Part shown: positions 53,664 to 62,178 of the stretch, piece after piece | Layout: each line of letters begins with the position of its first letter | How positions within the stretch are numbered: the first letter of the stretch is position 1 | Assembly (NCBI GenBank): GCA_017455185.1 | Contig: JAFTBN010000017.1 | Location: 10,430 to 74,429 of the forward strand | DNA from: Clostridia bacterium | Lineage (GTDB): Bacteria > Bacillota > Clostridia > Oscillospirales > CAG-272 | DNA: 64,000 nt | Direction: 5' to 3' | The notes under the pieces: generated by a model | Database searches by the model: none | The model's input: the letters and a program-made list of their open reading frames with translations, nothing else | What the model was told of the DNA's origin: nothing | Program-made: the position numbers and the translations under genes

Positions 53664-55184
53664 TCAATATCCGTTCAAAGAATCGATTTTCTCGTTCATC
53701 TTTCTAAGATCGGTATCGATTCGATCCTCGTATTCTTCATACAGATGTGCCATATCGGAGGTTCCCTTTGCCGTCCAGCGAAGAACAATGGTTCCAAAGT
53801 CTGCCATATCAAAAACCAGACCCGGATCGTAAACACGTGTCTCGAAGATGATTTTCAGCATTTCCTTGGATTGTTCGTCCCGGGTTCCCTTGCCTTCGAT
53901 GACTACATCGTAAAAATTCGGAATCACGGTGTAATAGGATTCACGGGATAACTCTTCAATCACCGCACCGGCCATTTCCTCATTGAGAACGGAAGACGGA
54001 ACAAAGAGCAAAGAATCATGATGCGGAGATACCTCGTGATAATAACGTTCCTGGTATTCATCAAACATCGGAATCGGAAGAATTCCGTATGCAGATTTCA
54101 TGGAACGATACAAGGTAGCAGACTTGACACGCGTCATAGCGAACAGCGCCATGTCTTTTTCGAACATATCGTCCTCTCTCTGTTCTTTCGACAAAAAGGA
54201 AGTATTGATGTAGGTCGGGTTATACATAACGTCTTCAAAAATATCGACCATATCAGAAATAGCATCCGGTTCGCCGAAAGTATATTCCATATAGCCGGTC
54301 GCCGGATTGTTGATCATAAAGTAATGGCCTGCTCCGTTGAAAAGCAGATGAATCGGATCGTCTCCGCCCCAGAAGCCGACAAGATCTCCCACGGAATTGG
54401 TCGTACCGTCATTGTCCAGGTCGGTCGCGACGAGTTCCATTCTCTTTACCATTTCTTCAATGGTCCACTGCTTGTTTTTGGCCAGTTCGTACATATTGCC
54501 GACACCGCCATTGTCTTCCGCTACGGCCGCGTTGTAATACATGCAGGCCGTTGCAGACTTGTCCAGGACCAGAATGTCGGATGCAGCGAACTGATACTTT
54601 TCACCCAGAACCAAAGAGTTCAGGGAATCCTGGTTCCACCAGGGCTTTTGCAAATCGATGTAAGGCAGTTCATTGAGATTCAGGAAATAATCCGAAAAGG
54701 CAATCTTGTTGAGCTGAACGCCTCTCTGGATCATCATGTCATACTCATCATACCCGCCGCTGACCATCTTCTTCACCTGTTCATTCAGATCGGAGATATA
54801 CAGATAAGTGGTCTCAAAATCAACGCCAAGACGTTCCGAGACGGCACTGTCACGGTCGTATACGAGATTGTCCATCAGGTCTCCCGTATATTCGGACACA
54901 TAGACTTCCTCCCACGGAATCCAGCTTTCTCCCACTTCACCGGTAACCGACCAGTGACAAACAGAAAAAGTGTGGTCTGGGTCCTTGGAAAAATCCAGAT
55001 CGGAAGGGAGACTGGAAGGAATTCTCGTTTCTTTCGCCTCTGTTTCCGTTGCGGTTTCGTTTGTGCCGCTCTGATTTTCTTCATTGCCCGCTTTGGTCTC
55101 GCTGTCGTTGTTCTTTGCTCCGCATGCAACAAGCACCGAAAGCAACAGACTCAGAACCAAAAGCAGCAACATAAAACGTTTCAT
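53664..55184 (-). CDS. family-1 extracellular solute-binding lipoprotein (orphan; no permease genes nearby)
   Basis: 506 aa with a lipobox (SVLVACG). The motifs DEYDMMIQ, LPYIDLQKPWW and ACMYYNAAVAEDNG resemble the LplA-type sugar-binding proteins I recall. It is a paralog of the upstream gene. Confidence 0.72.
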   Translation of the reverse strand: MKRFMLLLLVLSLLLSVLVACGAKNNDSETKAGNEENQSGTNETATETEAKETRIPSSLPSDLDFSKDPDHTFSVCHWSVTGEVGESWIPWEEVYVSEYTGDLMDNLVYDRDSAVSERLGVDFETTYLYISDLNEQVKKMVSGGYDEYDMMIQRGVQLNKIAFSDYFLNLNELPYIDLQKPWWNQDSLNSLVLGEKYQFAASDILVLDKSATACMYYNAAVAEDNGGVGNMYELAKNKQWTIEEMVKRMELVATDLDNDGTTNSVGDLVGFWGGDDPIHLLFNGAGHYFMINNPATGYMEYTFGEPDAISDMVDIFEDVMYNPTYINTSFLSKEQREDDMFEKDMALFAMTRVKSATLYRSMKSAYGILPIPMFDEYQERYYHEVSPHHDSLLFVPSSVLNEEMAGAVIEELSRESYYTVIPNFYDVVIEGKGTRDEQSKEMLKIIFETRVYDPGLVFDMADFGTIVLRWTAKGTSDMAHLYEEYEDRIDTDLRKMNEKIDSLNGY

Positions 55185-55236
55185 TCTTTGTACTCCTTTC
55201 TTAAATACAGTATGAATCTATTTCAGTCTGATTGAA

Positions 55237-56730
55237 TCAGGAATGTAAACTGTTGTCAATCTTGATGTTAATCTTTTCGATGTCTTCTTCCAGTTTTCCT
55301 TCGTATTCCCCATACAGATGGGCAAAATTGGAAAGTCCTGTCTTGGTATAGCGCAAAACGATGGTCGGAAAACCTGAAATATCGTAGATCAGACCCGGAT
55401 CATAAATCCGGTTGTTGAACACGATTTTCAGCATATCTCTGGACTGCTGATCCCGGGTTCCTCTTCCCTCTACCACCACTTCATAAAACGTATTGTATAC
55501 ATTGTAATAGGAATAATAATTCAGAGTTTCCAAGATATCACCCAGATAATCCAAATCCGTAACCGTATTCAGAACGAACATCCAAGAATCGTGGTGGGGA
55601 GACACTTCCGAATAATACCGGTTCTGGCTCTTGTCGAACATAGGGACCGGCAAGATGCCGTAGGGAGAAAGCATTTCGCGGTAACCGATGGCAGACTTCA
55701 CCGTTCCCATGGCAAACAATGCCTGATTGTTTTTGAAGAACGAAACCGTCGCCGGTGTCAGATACGTGTTGCGTAAATAGGGCGAATACATGAAATCATC
55801 AAAGATGGACGTCATGGTCTCAATCGATTCGGGAGAATTGAACAGGAATTCATAATAGCCTGCGGAATCCGTCGACATAAACTTGAGACCCGCGCCGTTG
55901 TACAGGAAGTGAACCGGATCGTCGCCGACCGCCAGGCCGACCAGATCCTCATCTCCGTCAAATTTGGCGTCATCGTTCTGATCCACGGCGGCGACTTCCA
56001 TGTATTCCAGCATCCGTTCCATGGTCCATTCCCGGTCGTTTACCAGTTTATACAAATCCGGAATGGCATCCGAATGGTTTTCCGCAATTTCCGCGTTGTA
56101 ATACACGCAGGCGGAGGCGCCTTTATCCAGATACAGCATATCCGAAACGGCAAAGAAATTCTGCTTGCCCCAGGCCATGGAAGTCACGGCATCGGTGCTC
56201 CACCAGGGATAGGTAAAATCAACGGAAGGAATCTCGTTCAGATCGGTAAACAAATCATCCATATAAATCTTGCCCAAACGGACGCCGCGCTGAATGACCA
56301 AATCGTATTCTTTGCTTCCCCCGTTGACCAGAGTCTTGACCAGATTTCCCAAGTTCTCCGCGTTTTCATACGTAACGGACATCTCGGTCTTAAAGTGATC
56401 CGTCACATAACTCGACCGGTAATAAATCAGGTCTCCCATGGTGTCGCCCGTCATATCGGTCACGTGCACTTCCTCCCAGGGGATCCATGAATCTCCGACT
56501 TCTCCGAACCACCAATGAAGCACGTCAAAAGACTGATCCGGATATTTCTCGTTGACTACAGTGGGAACAATTTCCACTTTCTTGGTTTCTGTTTCCAAGA
56601 CGGTCGACTGTTCCTGAGTCTGCTTCTCGGAATCGGTTTGCCCTTCCGGTTTATCGTCCTTCTGTCCGCAGGAAGCGAACAGCGCCAGCACCATCAGAAC
56701 AGCCAGCGTAAAAGCCAATGCCTTTTTCAT
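55237..56730 (-). CDS. family-1 extracellular solute-binding lipoprotein (orphan), paralog
   Basis: 497 aa with a lipobox (ALFASCG). Blocks shared with 53664..55184 include HWWFGEVGDSWIPWEEVHVTDMTGD vs HWSVTGEVGESWIPWEEVYVSEYTGD, and GRGTRDQQSRDMLKIVFNNRIYDPGLIYD vs GKGTRDEQSKEMLKIIFETRVYDPGLVFD. Confidence 0.72.
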   Translation of the reverse strand: MKKALAFTLAVLMVLALFASCGQKDDKPEGQTDSEKQTQEQSTVLETETKKVEIVPTVVNEKYPDQSFDVLHWWFGEVGDSWIPWEEVHVTDMTGDTMGDLIYYRSSYVTDHFKTEMSVTYENAENLGNLVKTLVNGGSKEYDLVIQRGVRLGKIYMDDLFTDLNEIPSVDFTYPWWSTDAVTSMAWGKQNFFAVSDMLYLDKGASACVYYNAEIAENHSDAIPDLYKLVNDREWTMERMLEYMEVAAVDQNDDAKFDGDEDLVGLAVGDDPVHFLYNGAGLKFMSTDSAGYYEFLFNSPESIETMTSIFDDFMYSPYLRNTYLTPATVSFFKNNQALFAMGTVKSAIGYREMLSPYGILPVPMFDKSQNRYYSEVSPHHDSWMFVLNTVTDLDYLGDILETLNYYSYYNVYNTFYEVVVEGRGTRDQQSRDMLKIVFNNRIYDPGLIYDISGFPTIVLRYTKTGLSNFAHLYGEYEGKLEEDIEKINIKIDNSLHS

Positions 56731-56738
56731 ACAACCTC

Positions 56739-58985
56739 CTATTCATTTCCGTAACACAGAATCTCCGCAAACTGGATCAATCCGTTGTGAGGGATATCAA
56801 TCTTGTAATATTTATATGCCTCATTCAGACCGGTCGGAACCGCATAATAGGCGGAATTGACCGAACCGATGCAACCCGAAGCCGATATCGTTCCCAGTTC
56901 AACCCACTCCCGGTTGCCTACGTTGTCATCGTTGGTCCCGTAAACCGTCCAGGTTCCGCCCGGATTGCGATCGGGATACTTGGCGGTATCGGGGGCCGTC
57001 AGGAACACCAATTCTTTAAGGGTGACGCGACGGTCAAAGAAAATTCTCAGGGTCAGAAGGCCCGGGATGGAGGCACAGTATTTGGTTCCCCCGTTTCCAT
57101 CGTAAGCGCAACCGATTTCTTCCCCCTCAATGCCCGCCGTCGACGCCTGATAGGAATCAATCCAGGAATTCAGTCCGGTCAGATCCTTCATGACCGTTTT
57201 GGTCCGCTCGTTTCCAACGGTTATCGAATCGGGACGGATGGGCGGCACAAGCGAGGAAATCATATATCCGTATTGAATAAAGGTCCCCTGGATGAAATCC
57301 TCGGACTCATAACACTCACCGAGCCAATCGACCCGGTTCCGGATCCATTCCGCCAAGTACGTATAATGCTCTTTGTATGTTTTAAGAGAAGTAATCAGCT
57401 CGGTTTCCCGGTTCATTCTCTGCCCGAAAATCTTCCACTTGTCAAAATTACGGCAATAGGCTTCATACCCGGCTTTCCCGTTTTCCAGCACGTAATCGTC
57501 CAGTCCGTCAAAAACGGTTTCCTTGCACTCGGCGTAACGCTCGGATACCAGGTCGCGGAACCACGGACAGGTCATCAAACCGTAAAACCAGTAATTTGAA
57601 AGTTTGGTATTTCCGTCAGATGCCTGACGATAAATGGCGCAATACAGATCGGTATAATACTGACAGGTTTCGTTTCCGTTGCCGAACGTCAGGTCAAAAT
57701 CCCAGATCGGTCCGAAAACCAGTTTTCCTCCCACATCTTTATGGAAGTAAAAACTGTCCCAACCCATGTCCAGGTTCTTCATAATTTCTTCGGCGATATA
57801 GGCATCCACCGCCGACCGAATGTCAATCTTTTTTTCGATTTCCTCCCGGTTTCCGCTCTTGATGGCGGCCCAGCAGGATTCGAGATAATCCTTGATGTAT
57901 TTTTTTTGCGATTCCCGCACCGAAGCGTTGGCAGACAGGTCGCTCTTGACCTCATAGGCCCAACCGTCCGGGGTGATGTACCCTTGCGCATTGGGGTCCG
58001 AATAAACCGACATCTGGACCAGATATCCGATGTCGACGCCTTTTTCCACCTCTTCGCTGACGTTCACCCTGTCATCGTCCACCTGGATTTGCTCGGCCAG
58101 AAGATACACGCCCCGGTACTCGCCGTTGAGATAAACTTCCACGCTGCAGGCATCGGGTGCAAAATCCAGTCCCGAAAGCGACCTGGAAAGGTACAGACCC
58201 GTCTGATTGCGAAGCAGCGACTGATCGCACATATTGGCAAGAAGGACCCAGGTCTTGTGTTTTCCGTTACCAAGACCCAGCAATTTGTCCTTTTCAGTCA
58301 GTTTCATCCGATAGGACTTTTTCTCGTAGGTCCAGGTGTTGTTTCCCCGTCCCCGGATCTGCATTTCAAGGCCTTTTCTTAGGAAGGAACTCTTTGTATT
58401 GTAAACCGAAACATGTCCGCCGATGTAGGTCGTTTTGCTTTCCACGTCCTTGCCGGTTTCGGTCTCAATGTGCAAAACCGGCAATTCCTTGAAATCGTAA
58501 TCAAAGATGGCGAAGAATTCCGCATCCGTACCGGAAGAAGTCGTATCCTTCTGCCGGACCGGTTCGGTTGACCCGTCATTCCAGCAGATGAACCGATAGC
58601 CCAAATTGGCTATAGCCGTCACCTTGGAAGACTGATAAGCCTGGGATGTCACCCTCTGTTTGGTCTGGCCGGAGATTCTCCCGGCCGACCGGTTGTTTAC
58701 CGTATAAAAAAGATAAGTGCTGTCATCTGTTTTGGTCAGGCGTGATGCGGGCGTCTGGGCAAGAATCGTAAACGGAAGACCGTTTTCGTTGTATTGAGGC
58801 CGCGTTTCATCCGGATCCAGCATGCCGGAACCCTGACGGGATGTCTCTTCCGCCCCCGGCTCGTCCCCGCTTTCCAATTCCCCGTTTGCTCCGGATCCGC
58901 AAGAGGACAATACTCCGCACAGAGCCAAGAACACAAACAGCAGGATCAGAAAGACGCAGATGCTTCTTTGTCTTTTTTTATACAT
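56739..58985 (-). CDS. CotH-family kinase lipoprotein with discoidin-like C-terminal domain
   Basis: 748 aa with a lipobox (GVLSSCG). It has a possible Listeria/Bacteroides-type repeat (GYRFICWNDGS...EFFAIF). The CotH core is IRGRGNNTWTYEKKSYRMKL, VYLNGEYRGVYLLAEQI and FGPIWDFDLTFGN. The C-terminus resembles F5/8 type C (DGNGGTKYCA...PDRNPGGTWTVYGTNDD..WVELG). Confidence 0.88.
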   Translation of the reverse strand: MYKKRQRSICVFLILLFVFLALCGVLSSCGSGANGELESGDEPGAEETSRQGSGMLDPDETRPQYNENGLPFTILAQTPASRLTKTDDSTYLFYTVNNRSAGRISGQTKQRVTSQAYQSSKVTAIANLGYRFICWNDGSTEPVRQKDTTSSGTDAEFFAIFDYDFKELPVLHIETETGKDVESKTTYIGGHVSVYNTKSSFLRKGLEMQIRGRGNNTWTYEKKSYRMKLTEKDKLLGLGNGKHKTWVLLANMCDQSLLRNQTGLYLSRSLSGLDFAPDACSVEVYLNGEYRGVYLLAEQIQVDDDRVNVSEEVEKGVDIGYLVQMSVYSDPNAQGYITPDGWAYEVKSDLSANASVRESQKKYIKDYLESCWAAIKSGNREEIEKKIDIRSAVDAYIAEEIMKNLDMGWDSFYFHKDVGGKLVFGPIWDFDLTFGNGNETCQYYTDLYCAIYRQASDGNTKLSNYWFYGLMTCPWFRDLVSERYAECKETVFDGLDDYVLENGKAGYEAYCRNFDKWKIFGQRMNRETELITSLKTYKEHYTYLAEWIRNRVDWLGECYESEDFIQGTFIQYGYMISSLVPPIRPDSITVGNERTKTVMKDLTGLNSWIDSYQASTAGIEGEEIGCAYDGNGGTKYCASIPGLLTLRIFFDRRVTLKELVFLTAPDTAKYPDRNPGGTWTVYGTNDDNVGNREWVELGTISASGCIGSVNSAYYAVPTGLNEAYKYYKIDIPHNGLIQFAEILCYGNE

Positions 58986-59019
58986 CGGTCAGCTCCTCAC
59001 TGCCCCCAAGGGTCTTGCA

Positions 59020-59772
59020 TCAGTCCTCTTCTTCAACCGGAGGATTCTCCCAGTTGGTCCAGACGTTCATTACGTCGTCATCCTCTTCGAGTTTTTCAAT
59101 GAGGAGGTTCATAAATTTCGCATTCTCCTCGTCCTCGATGGCGACATAGGTGGTGGGAATCATCGCACGGTCGGCCGAATCAATCTTGTAACCCGCTCCT
59201 TTGAGTGCATCCGCTACCGCGATGACATCCGAAGTCTCGGTGTATATTTCAAAGATGTGATCCTCGGCGGCAAAATCCGCGGCACCCGCGTCAAGAGCTG
59301 CCATCATGAGCTCATCCTCGTCGATTTCCTCGTCTTCCTGATCGTTGATGACAATCTGTCCTTTTTCCTCGAACAGAAACGAAACCGAGCCGGTTGTCCC
59401 CATATTGCCGTGATACTTGGAAAAAGTGGACCGCACGTTGCCGGCTGTCCGGTTACGGTTGTCGGTCGTGGTCTCCACGATAACGGCTACGCCGCCCGGT
59501 CCGTATCCTTCATAGGTGATTTCTTCATAGCTTTCCCCGGCTCCGCCGACCGCCTTCTTGATGGTGCGCTCAATGTTGTCGTTCGGGACGTTGTTCGCCT
59601 TGGCTTTCGCGATAACGTCGCGCAGTTTGGAGTTGGAGTTCGGGTCTCCCGATCCGCCTTCTTTGACCGCGATGGCGATTTCCTTGCTGATTCGGCTGAA
59701 GACCTTGGCTCTGGCGCTGTCGTTCTTTTCCTTCTTGTGTTTAATATTCGCGAATTTCGAATGTCCGGACAT
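59020..59772 (-). CDS. yebC: YebC/PmpR-family transcriptional/translational regulator
   Basis: 250 aa starting MSGHSKFANIKHKKEKNDSARAKVFSRISKEI. Confidence 0.95.
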   Translation of the reverse strand: MSGHSKFANIKHKKEKNDSARAKVFSRISKEIAIAVKEGGSGDPNSNSKLRDVIAKAKANNVPNDNIERTIKKAVGGAGESYEEITYEGYGPGGVAVIVETTTDNRNRTAGNVRSTFSKYHGNMGTTGSVSFLFEEKGQIVINDQEDEEIDEDELMMAALDAGAADFAAEDHIFEIYTETSDVIAVADALKGAGYKIDSADRAMIPTTYVAIEDEENAKFMNLLIEKLEEDDDVMNVWTNWENPPVEEED

Positions 59773-59800
59773 TTTCTTTCTCCTTTAAAACTATTCTTCA

Positions 59801-61561
59801 TTAAACCCGTTCGGTTCTCTTCAGGCAAATCAGGTCAAACGCATTGCCCAGAACGGTTTTGGACGCCTCGACCAGTGCGAGCCTGGAAGAGCGGACCTCT
59901 TCCTTCTCGGCCGATATGATCTTGCATCCGTGATAAAAACGGTTGAATGCCGACGCAACGTCCAGGGCGTAGCGGGCAATGACCGACGGCTCGTAATCGT
60001 GCAGGGCCTGCGTCACCTTTTCCCTGAAGCGGATCAGGACCTTGACCAGATCCAGTTCGCTTTCATCGGTCAGTGTGACCATCTTCACCTGCATTCTCTC
60101 TTCCTGTGCCCGGCGCAGGACCGAACACATTCTGGCGTAGGTATACTGAACGTAAGGACCGGTGTTGCCGTCAAAGCTCAGGGCGTCTTCCATGCTGAAG
60201 TTGATGTCCTTGATCCGGTTGTTGGTCAGATAGTAGAAGACGATGGCGCCAACGCCGACCGCCTCGGCCACTTCGTCCCGGTTTTCCAGGTCCGGATTCT
60301 TCTCCTGCATGATGCCCTTGACTTTTTCAATGGCCAGTCCGAACAGATCCCGCAGGAGAATCACGTTTCCGGTACGGGTTGCCAGTTTGGTGCCTTCGAT
60401 GCTGACCGTCCCGTAAGGAACATGCACCAGCTGGTCGTACCAGTCGTATCCCATCAGTTCAATGACCTTGAACCACTGGGCGAAATGTTGGCACTGCTGA
60501 TTGCTCGTCACATAGATGCATTTATCAAAATGATAGGTATTCTTTCTGTATACCGCCGCGGCTATATCCCGGGTCGGATAGAGCGTAGACCCATCCGATT
60601 TCAGAATCAGGCAGGGCGGCATGTTGTATTCACTCAGATCCACGATGGTCGCGCCCTGGTCCAGTTTGAGCAGACCTTTTTGGCGCATGATTTCAATCTG
60701 CGCGGGCATCTTGTCCGTGTAAAAGCTTTCGCCTTTGTAACTGTCAAACGTGATGCCGAGCTGACGGTAGGTTTTCTCATATTCCTTCAGACTGATCTCG
60801 ACAAACCACTTCCAAAGGGCAAGATTGTCCTCATCTCCGGTTTCCATCTTGTGGAACTCAGCCCGGGAAAGCGCGGCAAGAGAAGTCTTGGGATCCGGAA
60901 CGGTTCCGTTTTTCTCCGCTTCTTTTCCTTCTTCGGAAATGGCGTTGTTCATCCTCACATACAGGGCGACCAGCGTATCGATTCCGCCTTTTTCCACCTC
61001 TTCCCGGCTGCCCCACATGCGGTAGGCCAGAATGAGTTTGCCGAACTGGGTTCCCCAGTCCCCCAGGTAATTGATGCCTACGCAGGAATACCCGGCGAAT
61101 TCATGAATCTTTTTCAGGGAATGCCCGATGACGGTCGTTCCCAGATGTCCGATGTGGAACGGTTTGGCCACATTCGGCGAAGAATAATCCAGGACCGCGA
61201 CCTTGCCGTTTCCTTCGTCCAGCCGGCCGTACCGATCTCCTTGTGCCAGAATATCGGGAACCAGGTTCTTCAGATATTCAGGCGACAGATACAGATTCAG
61301 ATATCCGTTGACGTTTTCCGCCCGGCTGACGCACGGACAGTCCAACTCGTGCGAAATCGCATCGGCAATCTGAACCGGGGCGCACCGAAACGTCTTGGAG
61401 AGTTTGAAGCACGGAAAAGCCAAATCTCCCATTTCCTTGCTCGGCGGATATTCCAGAAGCGGCGCTATCTGATCCGGGTCCAGCTGCTCTGCGGCTTCGG
61501 AACGGAACGCATGCAGTCTTTCCCAGATTGCCTTTGCAATTCTTTTCTTTGTTTCAATCAT
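59801..61561 (-). CDS. argS: arginine--tRNA ligase
   Basis: The start was moved to ATG 61561 (MIETKKRIAKAIW). It has the HIGH-type motif SSPNVAKPFHIGHL and a C-terminal DALR anticodon-binding domain. Confidence 0.96.
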   Translation of the reverse strand: MIETKKRIAKAIWERLHAFRSEAAEQLDPDQIAPLLEYPPSKEMGDLAFPCFKLSKTFRCAPVQIADAISHELDCPCVSRAENVNGYLNLYLSPEYLKNLVPDILAQGDRYGRLDEGNGKVAVLDYSSPNVAKPFHIGHLGTTVIGHSLKKIHEFAGYSCVGINYLGDWGTQFGKLILAYRMWGSREEVEKGGIDTLVALYVRMNNAISEEGKEAEKNGTVPDPKTSLAALSRAEFHKMETGDEDNLALWKWFVEISLKEYEKTYRQLGITFDSYKGESFYTDKMPAQIEIMRQKGLLKLDQGATIVDLSEYNMPPCLILKSDGSTLYPTRDIAAAVYRKNTYHFDKCIYVTSNQQCQHFAQWFKVIELMGYDWYDQLVHVPYGTVSIEGTKLATRTGNVILLRDLFGLAIEKVKGIMQEKNPDLENRDEVAEAVGVGAIVFYYLTNNRIKDINFSMEDALSFDGNTGPYVQYTYARMCSVLRRAQEERMQVKMVTLTDESELDLVKVLIRFREKVTQALHDYEPSVIARYALDVASAFNRFYHGCKIISAEKEEVRSSRLALVEASKTVLGNAFDLICLKRTERV

Positions 61562-61616
61562 ACTTTCTCCCAACTGCCGGATCATCCGCCCGGCAGAACC
61601 CTTGTTTAACCATATA

Positions 61617-61645
61617 ATTATACCCTACTTTTTCTGACTGCGCAA
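61617..61645 (-). promoter_or_regulatory. sigma-A type promoter of argS (short leader with one hairpin)
   Basis: On the minus strand: TTGCGC, 17-nt spacer, TATAAT. The leader contains CTGCCGG-9 nt-CCGGCAG. Confidence 0.5.
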
Positions 61646-61665
61646 GTGGCAAAATCGGGTTGTTT

Positions 61666-62178
61666 TCAATCCGGCCCCCCGTACGTCAGTCCGGCCGGAA
61701 CGGCTTCCACGAACGCCATCAGGGCATCGACCGAAATCAGAAGCTGGGCTCCCCTCATCCCCGAACTGACCGTAATCCTGGGAAAATCAAGAGCGCTGCG
61801 GTCAAGATAGGTGGGATATTTTTTCTTCATTCCGATGGGCGAACAGCCGCCCCGGATGTACCCGGTCAGAGGCAGAAGATCCTTGACGGGAACCATCTGT
61901 ACCGACTTGTTGCCGCTGACGGCGGCAGCCTTTTTGAGATCGATTTTCTCGTCCACAGGAATGCAAAAGACGATGTATCCGGTCCGGTCCCCCTTCGCGA
62001 CCAGGGTTTTAAACACGAACCGGTGGTCCAGCCCCAGACTGTCGGCAATGTGAGAACCCGAAAGATCGTTTTCGTCCACTTCGTACTCATACACTTCATA
62101 TCCGATTTTCGCTGCGTCCAGCATCCGCATGGCATTGGTTTTGATTTCTTTTTTCTTACCGTTGTGTTTCACTGCCAT
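61666..62178 (-). CDS. ybaK: YbaK/EbsC-family Cys-tRNA(Pro) deacylase
   Basis: 170 aa matching the YbaK pattern (TNAMRMLDAAKIGYEVYEY...GGCSPIG). The start abuts the recN stop. Confidence 0.9.
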   Translation of the reverse strand: MAVKHNGKKKEIKTNAMRMLDAAKIGYEVYEYEVDENDLSGSHIADSLGLDHRFVFKTLVAKGDRTGYIVFCIPVDEKIDLKKAAAVSGNKSVQMVPVKDLLPLTGYIRGGCSPIGMKKKYPTYLDRSALDFPRITVSSGMRGAQLLISVDALMAFVEAVPAGLTYGGPD

